Source of the DNA: a virus | Taxonomy: Duplodnaviria > Caudoviricetes | Reading direction: 5' to 3' (one strand) | IMG/VR virus record: IMGVR_UViG_3300025732_000016 | Length of the DNA: 64,000 nucleotides | Shown: piece by piece, positions 57,047 to 64,000 of the stretch | How positions within the stretch are numbered: the stretch's first letter is position 1 | How the letters are laid out: each line of letters opens with the position of its first letter | Made by a program: the position numbers and the translations under genes | Notes under the pieces: model-generated | Told to the model about the DNA's origin: nothing | What the model saw: the letters and a program-made list of their open reading frames with translations, nothing else | The model's database searches: none

Positions 57047-58232
57047 GGGCGCCTCCCGTATTTCTAACTAGCTGTCTGAACGCTTCATACGTTGAGAGGG
57101 CAATTTTGTAAGAGTCACCTGGGTACGCCCTACACCCAATCATCGTGATTCCCTTTCTCCTTGACACGAGGAAGCATCTCATGCCATGGTCAAATCTTTC
57201 TTTCACTATCTCTCTTGTATCGCCGAACTCTTCACCGATGCAGACAGAAACTCTCCTCGAAGAGATTCTCGAGATGCGATTCTGCAACATTCGCAAGATA
57301 TCAGGATCGCTGAACTGTGAGATCTCACCCCGCAGCTTTCTCAATAACTCATCTCGCCCAGCAGTATCTCTCAAGTGAACCTTGAGCTTACCGTTCTCTA
57401 CGACAACATCGTGACAGTTAGAGTCGTCCTCGTGGGAGATGAGGTTGACAGTCTCCTGCCCAATGACCGTGCTCAAGTCTGAGATCGTAAATTCGTCCTC
57501 GACCGAGGTTCCGGGAGTGAGGGGCACGATGTCAAAAACTCCCCTCTGGTTGTTGGCGAAGATCGTGCTGGCCACCTCTGAAGAGAACGCTCTCGCAACG
57601 AGCAGGACTCGAGAATTGTCAAGTGAACACTTCTCGAGGAATGTGTTCACTTGACCGACGCTCTCGATGACCCCGTCAAAAACGACTATTTGTCTGGAAG
57701 TTAGGGATCGAGAGGTGTGAAAGCTCGGAGAGACTATCACTGGATAGGACGATGACTCGTCAACAGAGATGTGTGTAATGCCTCCGACTGAGACTGAGAC
57801 ATTCCCTGTGGCTCCCGCCTGCCCGATGCTGTCGAGTAACAGGCTTCTCACCGTCTCGTCTTGGACATCGTCGATGAGAGCCGGGAGGTCGCTCTCCAAC
57901 ATCGTCCTTGTACCCGATGCCACCAGTTTTTCGCCTGATAGAAGACGCAAGAAGAGGTATGAAGAGGCGGGTGAAGCCTGCTCAGCCCTGTACGCCGACA
58001 ACAGGACCAATGAGCGAGCGATTCTTTCAATGTCACTCTTGGACTTCCAAGACGACAGGACCCTGAGAGAGTCTGCGGGTGACCCTCCCAGTGCCCTGTC
58101 CTTGAAGACCTCGACTATCGAAGAACCGATAGTCTCGATAGTCCCTTGAGCTATCTTCCTCGCCGCGGCAAGGACAGACTCACCGTCACCAGTGAGTCGT
58201 CTAGCTGTCTCTCCAGAGGTTGTTGGCGGCAA
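56970..58232 (-). CDS. Highly divergent GroEL/Cpn60-like protein lacking the GDGTTT motif
   Basis: Apical-domain-like IVVFDGVIESVGQVNTFLEKC...VLLVARAFSSEVASTIFANNQRG..DIVPLTPG...ISDLSTVIG; RISRISSRRVSVCIG; C-terminal YPGDSYKIAL...LVRNTGGALVID. Probable TTG at 58232 with GAGGAG RBS (ORF track starts at 58349). Confidence 0.68.
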   Translation of the reverse strand: MPPTTSGETARRLTGDGESVLAAARKIAQGTIETIGSSIVEVFKDRALGGSPADSLRVLSSWKSKSDIERIARSLVLLSAYRAEQASPASSYLFLRLLSGEKLVASGTRTMLESDLPALIDDVQDETVRSLLLDSIGQAGATGNVSVSVGGITHISVDESSSYPVIVSPSFHTSRSLTSRQIVVFDGVIESVGQVNTFLEKCSLDNSRVLLVARAFSSEVASTIFANNQRGVFDIVPLTPGTSVEDEFTISDLSTVIGQETVNLISHEDDSNCHDVVVENGKLKVHLRDTAGRDELLRKLRGEISQFSDPDILRMLQNRISRISSRRVSVCIGEEFGDTREIVKERFDHGMRCFLVSRRKGITMIGCRAYPGDSYKIALSTYEAFRQLVRNTGGALVIDKKVEVAKRRDGKNRRARVSHS

Positions 58233-60126
58233 AGGTGATAATCTCCTCAGCAGATTCTGGTGTGTAGCCGTAGTCTTGTACAAGCGCATTGACCATTTCT
58301 GAGTACTTCTTCTGCTGCTCGTTGTCTCTGCTCTTTGACTTCGTGACAATTCGCGCCATGTCCTTCACTGAGGAGATGAGGTAGCCCTCGATCGCCTCAC
58401 GGAGGGGCTCGTAGGAGCGGTAGTCGACCTTCGTTCCGCGCCGAATCTTCGCGAACATGTAGGCCGTCACGTCAGCTCGGAACCCGTCCTTCATCGAGCC
58501 CGTGATCCCGATCTGCTCCTCGAGAGCCTTCATGAACTTCTCGTCAGGCTCTCTCTCCTCGGAGGTGACCCTGTCCTTCATCTTCTGTCGAGTCGTGAAG
58601 GCCTCTGCGTTGTCGAGGTAGTTGTCGAAGAGAGACTGGGCCTGCTCCTCGTAGGCGGTGACGAACGCCTTTGCGATCTCTCCCTCGAGGATCTTCAGGT
58701 ACTCCTCACGGATGACCTTCTGGAGGATCTCGAGATAGTTCTTCTTCTTCTCCTCGTCGACAACCTGCTCCTTCACCTGCTTGATGAGAGCTTCGACGAC
58801 TCTCATCGGAGTGATGAAACCCTTGTCAGAGTCGGTGAGTGCAGAGTCAATTGCCTTCGTGATGAATCGGGTAGAGATTCCCTCCATACCCTCGTGCTTT
58901 GCCTCATCACGGAGGTCAGTGATGTCGACCTTGCGCGTCCTGCCCTTCTCGACAATCTCCTGGCCGTCGTAGATCTTCATCTTGGTGAGGAGGTCACACT
59001 TCTGGGAAGGCTTGAGGCGGCTCATCACCGAGAACATTGCCGCGACCTTGATCGTATGGGGAGCGAGGTGATACTTGAAGTCGGACTTGCGAAGCATCTT
59101 CTCGTAGATCTTCATCTCCTGCGTGAGCTCCAGGACGTATGGAACCTCGATCTTCACGACGCGATCGAGGATGGCCTCGTTCGTGTGCTCAGACTTGAAG
59201 CGATTCCACTCTGCCTCGTTGCAGTGTGAGAGGATGACACCGTCGAAGTAGAGCATCGAGTTCTTGCCCGGTGTCGGAACATTCTTCTCCTGGGTCGCAG
59301 TGAGGATCGTGTGGAGGAACTCGATCTCGTTCTTGAAGATCTCGACAAATTCCACCACACCGCGGTTACCGACGTTGAATGCACCGTTGAGGTTCAGGAC
59401 TCGGGGATCGTCCTCGGAGAACTTGTCCAGCTTTGAGATGTCCTCTGAGCCGATGAGGGCCGAAACGTCCTGAGAGTTGGCATCCATGGGAGGGACGACC
59501 GCGATACCCCTGCGCGCTCTCTGCGAGAAGGATGAGCGGACCACAGGGAACTTCTCGTACTCGCCCTTGAACTCTTCCATGAGCCTGTATCGACAGACCG
59601 GACAGAGGTCTCCCTCGATGTGGACACCGAGGATCTTCTCGAACTCCTCCCTCAATGACCTCGGAAGGAGGTGAAGCGGCTCCTCGCGAACTGGGCAGCC
59701 ATCGAGATGGTAGACGGGCTCTGCAGCCTTCTCAAGAGCCTTCTTCACCGCGTCGGCAAGTGCGCTCTTTCCTGATCCGACAGGTCCCATGAGAAGCAGG
59801 ACCTGCCTGCTTTCCTCACCCTTCAGGGCAGCGGACTTCAGGAATCGCATGAGCTTTGCAATGACGCGCTCATGGCCGTAGAATTCGTCCCTGAAGTAGC
59901 TGTAGGTCTTTAGCTTGTCGCTGCCGAACAGCTTTCGGCAGCGAGGATCAGTCTCATCCATTGTGCTCACACCGTATGACTCTACGGCGTCAACGAGTCT
60001 CCTCGCGGCGAGCTTTGTCACGTCAGGATCTTCCTTGACGAGCTTCAGGTAGTCGATGAAACTACCCTTCCAAGAGTCCTTCTGCGACTCAACCCTTTGC
60101 TTCTTAATGATGTCGAGAAAATCCAC
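58201..60126 (-). CDS. prkA: PrkA/YeaG family AAA+ ATPase (serine protein kinase-like)
   Basis: LMGPVGSGKS Walker A, GCPVREEPLHLLP, QDVSALIGS, FNVGNRGVVEFVEIFK, HCNEAEW, GISTRF; GTG start with GGAGG RBS. Confidence 0.95.
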   Translation of the reverse strand: MDFLDIIKKQRVESQKDSWKGSFIDYLKLVKEDPDVTKLAARRLVDAVESYGVSTMDETDPRCRKLFGSDKLKTYSYFRDEFYGHERVIAKLMRFLKSAALKGEESRQVLLLMGPVGSGKSALADAVKKALEKAAEPVYHLDGCPVREEPLHLLPRSLREEFEKILGVHIEGDLCPVCRYRLMEEFKGEYEKFPVVRSSFSQRARRGIAVVPPMDANSQDVSALIGSEDISKLDKFSEDDPRVLNLNGAFNVGNRGVVEFVEIFKNEIEFLHTILTATQEKNVPTPGKNSMLYFDGVILSHCNEAEWNRFKSEHTNEAILDRVVKIEVPYVLELTQEMKIYEKMLRKSDFKYHLAPHTIKVAAMFSVMSRLKPSQKCDLLTKMKIYDGQEIVEKGRTRKVDITDLRDEAKHEGMEGISTRFITKAIDSALTDSDKGFITPMRVVEALIKQVKEQVVDEEKKKNYLEILQKVIREEYLKILEGEIAKAFVTAYEEQAQSLFDNYLDNAEAFTTRQKMKDRVTSEEREPDEKFMKALEEQIGITGSMKDGFRADVTAYMFAKIRRGTKVDYRSYEPLREAIEGYLISSVKDMARIVTKSKSRDNEQQKKYSEMVNALVQDYGYTPESAEEIITFAANNLWRDS

Positions 60127-60134
60127 GTTCCCTC

Positions 60135-61460
60135 CTACGAGATCTCAAATTCTTCATTTTCTACGTCAGTGAACAGCTTGACGGGACCGTGCCAGATGTT
60201 CCTGATGAGCTTGACGCAGTTGTCTGCGTAATCGAGCTCGAGGTCCCTTCCGTCATGTTCATGCCGCAGTTCTAATGTATTGTCCTTTGCCACGTGATCG
60301 ACGTATATCGTCGGAATCATATTGCCGGCAATGCTCTGCAGGAGGGCGGCCCTCACCTCCTGCCAGCTTTCGTCGTCTTCGACAATGTCGTCAACTGTCC
60401 AATCAGGGTTCTTCTTGCCCTTCGGACTGAAGGTGAAGAGGTTGAGCTCTCTCGCCTTCTCCTCGGTGAGGTACTGCATGATGAAGTTCTCGTCGTTGCA
60501 GACCTCTCTCGCAAGGAAGCACTCCTCTATGCCGAATCTCTTCTCGATGTCCTTGAAGATTTCAAAACCGAGGTGGTATGGGTTGATCTTGAGACCCCAC
60601 GGTCGAAGGACAGCGTTGTGAGTCTTGAGGAAAGGGAGGTGATGCTCATCAGCGAGCTCAAGGTCATGGAGAATTCTGTAGTGCCAGAAGCTCGCCCACC
60701 CCTCATTCATAACCTTTGTCCTGATCTGCGGCCAGAAGTAGAGAGACTCGTCATGGACTATCGAGATGATGTCCCGCTGCCAATCTGTGAGCTTGTGATT
60801 GTTGTCAAGGACAAACTGGAGGATGTCATACTCAGGCTCAAGCGGGAGGTCATCGATATTGAAGTCCTTCCACTCTCCCTTCTCGTCGTTCTTGATGAGG
60901 TCGATGTACTTCTTACGAAGCTCTCTCTCGGACGGTCTCGTCCTGCCGCGACGATCGGTCTGGTAAGTGAATGCGTGGCAGGCATCGATGATCTTCTCCA
61001 CGGCCTCAATCCCTATCGTCGGGTCCTCGATGTAGGCCTTAATCCGCTTTCCGGCATTCCTGAACCTCATCGTGACGGTCGCGGCGTCAGTGTCCTTGAA
61101 CGTCCGATTGTTCTTGAAGAAGTCCGAGTGGCCGACGCAGTGCGCCATGATGAGAATCTGGAGGTACAGCGGGTTCTCCAGCATCAGGTATGCGATTGAC
61201 GGATCAGAGTTGATGATGAGCTCATACGGAAGGCCCTCAGCGCCCGCGTTGTACATGAAGTGCGTCCTCTCGAACGTCTTTCCGTACGACCAGTGTGCAT
61301 AGTGAGAGGGCATCCCGTGGTAAGCCATGTGACCGATCATCTCACGGTAGTCACAGGTCTCATAGGCTATCGGGTACCAGTCGAGGCCGTGCTTTCTCGC
61401 GATCTCGCAGATCTTCTCGTCCCATTCCTCGAGATCACTCAAGTTGTAGTCACCCATCAC
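60135..61460 (-). CDS. spoVR: SpoVR/YcgB family protein
   Basis: GMPSHYAHWSYGKTF, YELIINSDPSIAYLM, MAHCVGHSDFFKNN, PQIRTKVMNEGWASFWH, NPYHLGF, HDGRDL. Confidence 0.96.
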   Translation of the reverse strand: MMGDYNLSDLEEWDEKICEIARKHGLDWYPIAYETCDYREMIGHMAYHGMPSHYAHWSYGKTFERTHFMYNAGAEGLPYELIINSDPSIAYLMLENPLYLQILIMAHCVGHSDFFKNNRTFKDTDAATVTMRFRNAGKRIKAYIEDPTIGIEAVEKIIDACHAFTYQTDRRGRTRPSERELRKKYIDLIKNDEKGEWKDFNIDDLPLEPEYDILQFVLDNNHKLTDWQRDIISIVHDESLYFWPQIRTKVMNEGWASFWHYRILHDLELADEHHLPFLKTHNAVLRPWGLKINPYHLGFEIFKDIEKRFGIEECFLAREVCNDENFIMQYLTEEKARELNLFTFSPKGKKNPDWTVDDIVEDDESWQEVRAALLQSIAGNMIPTIYVDHVAKDNTLELRHEHDGRDLELDYADNCVKLIRNIWHGPVKLFTDVENEEFEIS

Positions 61461-62632
61461 TCACTCCCAAAGAACTTGCTAAAGACAGGCCAAACGTCAT
61501 CCTTACTCACCAGCGTGGCAGTGCGAAGAACTGGCGAGAGAGCCTTGAGATTGTTCATGAGCTTCGAGGCAGAGTCACTCTGCCAAGCGGGAGTCGAGCC
61601 CTTCGGCTTGATCTCACAGTAGCCGACCATCTGGCTGATGTCACAGAGATCCCTGTACATGTCGAAGGCCTTCGCGTTGTCTTCTTCGAAGTTGTCGCCG
61701 TCCGTGCAGTGGAACACATAGACGTTCCAAGCCGAAGGATGGTACCGCTCGTTCGCAATCTCAATCGCGAGCTCAGGAGCCGAGGAGACGTGCGTGCCAC
61801 CGGATGATCCCCTCTTGAAGAAGGAGTCCTCATCAGTCTCGAAAGCCTCAGTCGTGTGACCGATGAAGACAATCTCGACCTTCTCGTACTTGTGGCGGAT
61901 GAACTGGTAGAGGAGGAAGTAGAAGGACCTTGCGATGAACTTGATGTCCTGGGTCATCGAGCCGGAGACGTCCATCATGAAGAAGATGACGGCGTTTGTC
62001 GCCTCCTTCGGTTTCGCCTTGATGTGGTGGTACCGGAGGTCGTTGTCGTGGAATGGGAAGACCTCATTGCCGTCCTCATCCACCTCCACCTCTCCGGCCC
62101 TTCGTGCTGCCGCGAGGCGCTTTATCCGCTGGATGGCAGACTCTCTCTTGTCGAGCCGCGGTGGAATGCCCTGGGGGCGTGTGCCATGTCGCTTTGGCCT
62201 CTCCTCGAGAACTGTTCGCAGCTTCTTCCTCTCTAGCTCTGGGAGATTCAACGAGGAGAAGAGGTACTCTGCGAGCTCTTCGAGGGTAATCTCGACCTCG
62301 TAGAACTCCTCTCCCTTGTCCTTACCAGCCTTGCTGCCGGAGCCCTGCCCCTGCTGTTGACCCTTCCTTACGACCTGCCCCTTTTGGATGTCGGCGTTAG
62401 GAGCAGAGCCCACCTGCTTCTGACCCTCGTTGTCGCCATAGACGAACTGCCACTCCTTGATGCCACGAACAGGAATGCGGATCTTCTTCTTCCCATCCTG
62501 CCCAATGATCGACTCTTCAGAGACGATATCTGTGATGCCGTCTTTGATCGCTTTCTCAATCTTTTGCTTGTGACGAGAACGGTCCGCTGCGGAGCGGTCT
62601 GCTGAAGTCTTGTGTTCACGGAAGATAGACAT
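61457..62632 (-). CDS. yeaH: YeaH/YhbH (DUF444) vWA-domain protein
   Basis: DRSRHKQKI, KIRIPVRGIKE, LNLPELE, FHDNDLRY, FFMMDVSGSM (MIDAS), SGGTHVSSA, YHPSAWNVYVFHCTDGDN. Confidence 0.96.
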   Translation of the reverse strand: MSIFREHKTSADRSAADRSRHKQKIEKAIKDGITDIVSEESIIGQDGKKKIRIPVRGIKEWQFVYGDNEGQKQVGSAPNADIQKGQVVRKGQQQGQGSGSKAGKDKGEEFYEVEITLEELAEYLFSSLNLPELERKKLRTVLEERPKRHGTRPQGIPPRLDKRESAIQRIKRLAAARRAGEVEVDEDGNEVFPFHDNDLRYHHIKAKPKEATNAVIFFMMDVSGSMTQDIKFIARSFYFLLYQFIRHKYEKVEIVFIGHTTEAFETDEDSFFKRGSSGGTHVSSAPELAIEIANERYHPSAWNVYVFHCTDGDNFEEDNAKAFDMYRDLCDISQMVGYCEIKPKGSTPAWQSDSASKLMNNLKALSPVLRTATLVSKDDVWPVFSKFFGSE

Positions 62633-62638
62633 CTAGTA

Positions 62639-62646
62639 ATAGATAT
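62639..62646 (-). promoter_or_regulatory. Putative late promoter motif ATATCTAT, 6 nt upstream of the yeaH ATG (leaderless)
   Basis: Motif instance heading the YeaH-SpoVR-PrkA operon; no SD before the ATG. Confidence 0.42.
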
Positions 62647-62672
62647 CCATCCCGTGCCACTAGTAACCAGTG

Positions 62673-63041
62673 TCAGCCGTAAGACTTCTCTTTTGCCCAC
62701 TGCACTGCTGGATACAGGAAGTCTGGGCAATTCTCTTCAAGAGTTCGCCACGGCACGTACATCATGCCCTTCCTTGAGTTCGGCTTTTTGCCGCTCATCA
62801 CGACGAAGGTGACAAGGTCGCCGACTTTGTAAGAGTCTTCGGTGAGGAAATCACTCTCACTCACCCGAATGCCGCAGTCGCGCCAGGCTTCTCGCAGTGC
62901 AGTTCTCATGAGGGGTTCGTTGTGTTCTCTGCTGCCCCGTGGAATGTTGAGATAATCTCCGTCCTCAAAGACCAGGACTTTGTCGAGTGTGGGGCTAACA
63001 ATGAAGAGGCCAGCGCCCTCTTGGCGCCTGTAAGTTGTCAT
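62673..63041 (-). CDS. Nudix-fold protein with degenerate Nudix box
   Basis: GAGLFIV...KVLV...IPRGSREHNEPLMRTALREAWRDCGI (GX5EX7REUXEEXG with EE replaced by RD). Confidence 0.75.
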   Translation of the reverse strand: MTTYRRQEGAGLFIVSPTLDKVLVFEDGDYLNIPRGSREHNEPLMRTALREAWRDCGIRVSESDFLTEDSYKVGDLVTFVVMSGKKPNSRKGMMYVPWRTLEENCPDFLYPAVQWAKEKSYG

Positions 63042-63042
63042 T

Positions 63043-63423
63043 TTATACTACGTGAAATACCATCGGCATTAGTTTCTTTCGAATTGTTCGGCAACGAGAC
63101 GCCGCTTCCCTGTGCCGGTGTTCTCTCATGACCATCATGAGAAGCTTTCTAAAAATCATCGCGAGGCTCTCGCATATGTGAGAGATTTTATCATCGCCGT
63201 CGCACAATGATAGGCCTTCTTCTGCAAGAGCCTCGAGCTTGAGAAAATGTTTTGTGATGCAATCAGGACACTGCTTCGACTGGTGATTGAGGTGGTCTTC
63301 CAGCAGCGTCAGCTCCTTGCAGATCTCGCGAAGATTGTGCTCCGGCTTCATGATGGGGAGCATTGACTCTGAGAGTTTCATTCTCAGCGTGAGTGACTTA
63401 GATCCGCAAGACTTGCAATGCAT
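63043..63423 (-). CDS. Hypothetical Cys/His-rich helical protein
   Basis: ATG at 63423 directly after the cupin stop (ORF track starts at 63594): MHCKSC...NLREICKELTLLEDHL..QCPDCITKHFLKLEALAEE. Confidence 0.65.
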   Translation of the reverse strand: MHCKSCGSKSLTLRMKLSESMLPIMKPEHNLREICKELTLLEDHLNHQSKQCPDCITKHFLKLEALAEEGLSLCDGDDKISHICESLAMIFRKLLMMVMREHRHREAASRCRTIRKKLMPMVFHVV

Positions 63424-63427
63424 GCAA

Positions 63428-63435
63428 CTATGTAT
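63428..63435 (-). promoter_or_regulatory. Putative late promoter motif ATACATAG, 4 nt upstream of ATG 63423
   Basis: Motif instance overlapping the cupin stop codon. Confidence 0.35.
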
Positions 63436-63781
63436 CTCTTGCGTAGTCATCCTCAAGGCGAACGACGTCATCGAGCTCAGGAGTTGAGACCTCAACAATG
63501 TCAACGTCTCCCTTGTAAGCGCAGAAACGGTGGACAGTGCCGGGAGTGACGTGGAATGTGCTTCCTTCGCAGTAGTCGAACCGGTGCTCGACATTTGGAC
63601 CAGTCTCGATGGTCAAAAGACCGCTAAGAACCCTGATCGTCTCTTCTTTCTTGAGATGGTACTGCCTGCTCAGACGATGACCATTGTTGATGTGAAGAAT
63701 CTTACCAACGTACTTTGGCGTCTCAGCCCAAATCTCTTCGTGGCCCCAGGGCTTTTTTACTATTCTCACGCTTTCCCTCAT
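63428..63781 (-). CDS. Cupin, mannose-6-phosphate isomerase-like
   Basis: VKKPWGHEEIW, LSRQYHLKKEET, HVTPGTVHRF, EVSTPELDDVVRLEDDY. ATG at 63781 (ORF track starts at 63793). Confidence 0.85.
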   Translation of the reverse strand: MRESVRIVKKPWGHEEIWAETPKYVGKILHINNGHRLSRQYHLKKEETIRVLSGLLTIETGPNVEHRFDYCEGSTFHVTPGTVHRFCAYKGDVDIVEVSTPELDDVVRLEDDYARDT

Positions 63782-64000
63782 AAACCAGATCATATCCTAC
63801 AACAGCAGAGAAAGCGTTTACAAGCTCACCGGCAACTTTGTTGGCTTCGTCTTCTAAATCAGAAGAGAAGTGAAGCTCGTCATATTCGATTCCGCCATTT
63901 TCATGTTGAGCCAAGTGAGATAGTTCGTGAGCCATCGATCTTAGAACATCTACGAACGCTCTTCCCTTTCCGTAGATGCGAACACTTCCCTCCTCAGGGA
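63723..64000 (-). CDS. Zincin-like metallopeptidase (HEXXH); partial, 5' end beyond the right edge
   Basis: The frame stays open to 64000: ...GSVRIYGKGRAFVDVLRSMAHELSHLAQ...EDEANKVAG. Confidence 0.72.
   Translation of the reverse strand, partial: PEEGSVRIYGKGRAFVDVLRSMAHELSHLAQHENGGIEYDELHFSSDLEDEANKVAGELVNAFSAVVGYDLVYEGKRENSKKALGPRRDLG

Noticed and set aside
58186-58200. GDGE near the chaperonin N-terminus as the GDGTTT motif
   Set aside because: By position it aligns with the GroEL N-terminal strand; the true motif position reads SPASSY.
60294-61199. 301-aa plus-strand ORF, and the many other 60-200 aa plus-strand ORFs in the track
   Set aside because: They lie fully opposite motif-bearing genes; long antisense frames are expected from the codon bias here.
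1-64000. Stop-codon reassignment, as seen in some large phages
   Set aside because: Genes are full length under the standard code, and TAA, TAG and TGA all end genes at homology-consistent or coupled positions.
1-64000. Eukaryotic giant virus or bacterial chromosome origin
   Set aside because: gp25/gp6-like baseplate genes, a sigma factor, SD sites and operonic overlaps indicate a tailed phage; no housekeeping gene clusters are present.

Overview
A 64 kb slice of a large tailed (myovirus-like, probably jumbo) bacteriophage genome. Coding is very dense, uses the standard genetic code, and lies on the minus strand except for one small gene. From left to right: (1) a DNA metabolism trio (Mre11/SbcD-like phosphoesterase running off the left edge, DnaG-like primase, RuvC-like resolvase); (2) a ~27 kb baseplate/tail block (spike/hub, gp25-like and gp6/J-like wedge proteins, DNRLRE-, LamG- and FN3-like proteins, several giant orphans); (3) a probable late sigma factor; (4) an ~18 kb glycan island (about 9 glycosyltransferases, Glf, Gmd, Fcl, a truncated UDP-sugar dehydrogenase, cytidylyltransferase, carbamoyltransferase, methyltransferase, radical SAM, DUF3431) that includes a GT2-GT11-GT6 run resembling an ABO blood-group pathway; (5) two paralogous tail fibres; (6) a host-physiology island (PIN-PhoH, Zn/sigma70-region-4 protein, Hc1 histone-like protein, YkuK RNase H-like protein, a chaperonin lacking its ATP motif, a complete but permuted YeaH-SpoVR-PrkA operon, a degenerate Nudix protein, a cupin and a zincin). 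A recurring (A/C)TA(C/T)HTA motif lies just upstream of eight genes and is a candidate late promoter. I saw no rRNA, tRNA, CRISPR array, intron or IS element. All family assignments come from motif recognition by eye, not from database searches, so I could not verify novelty.
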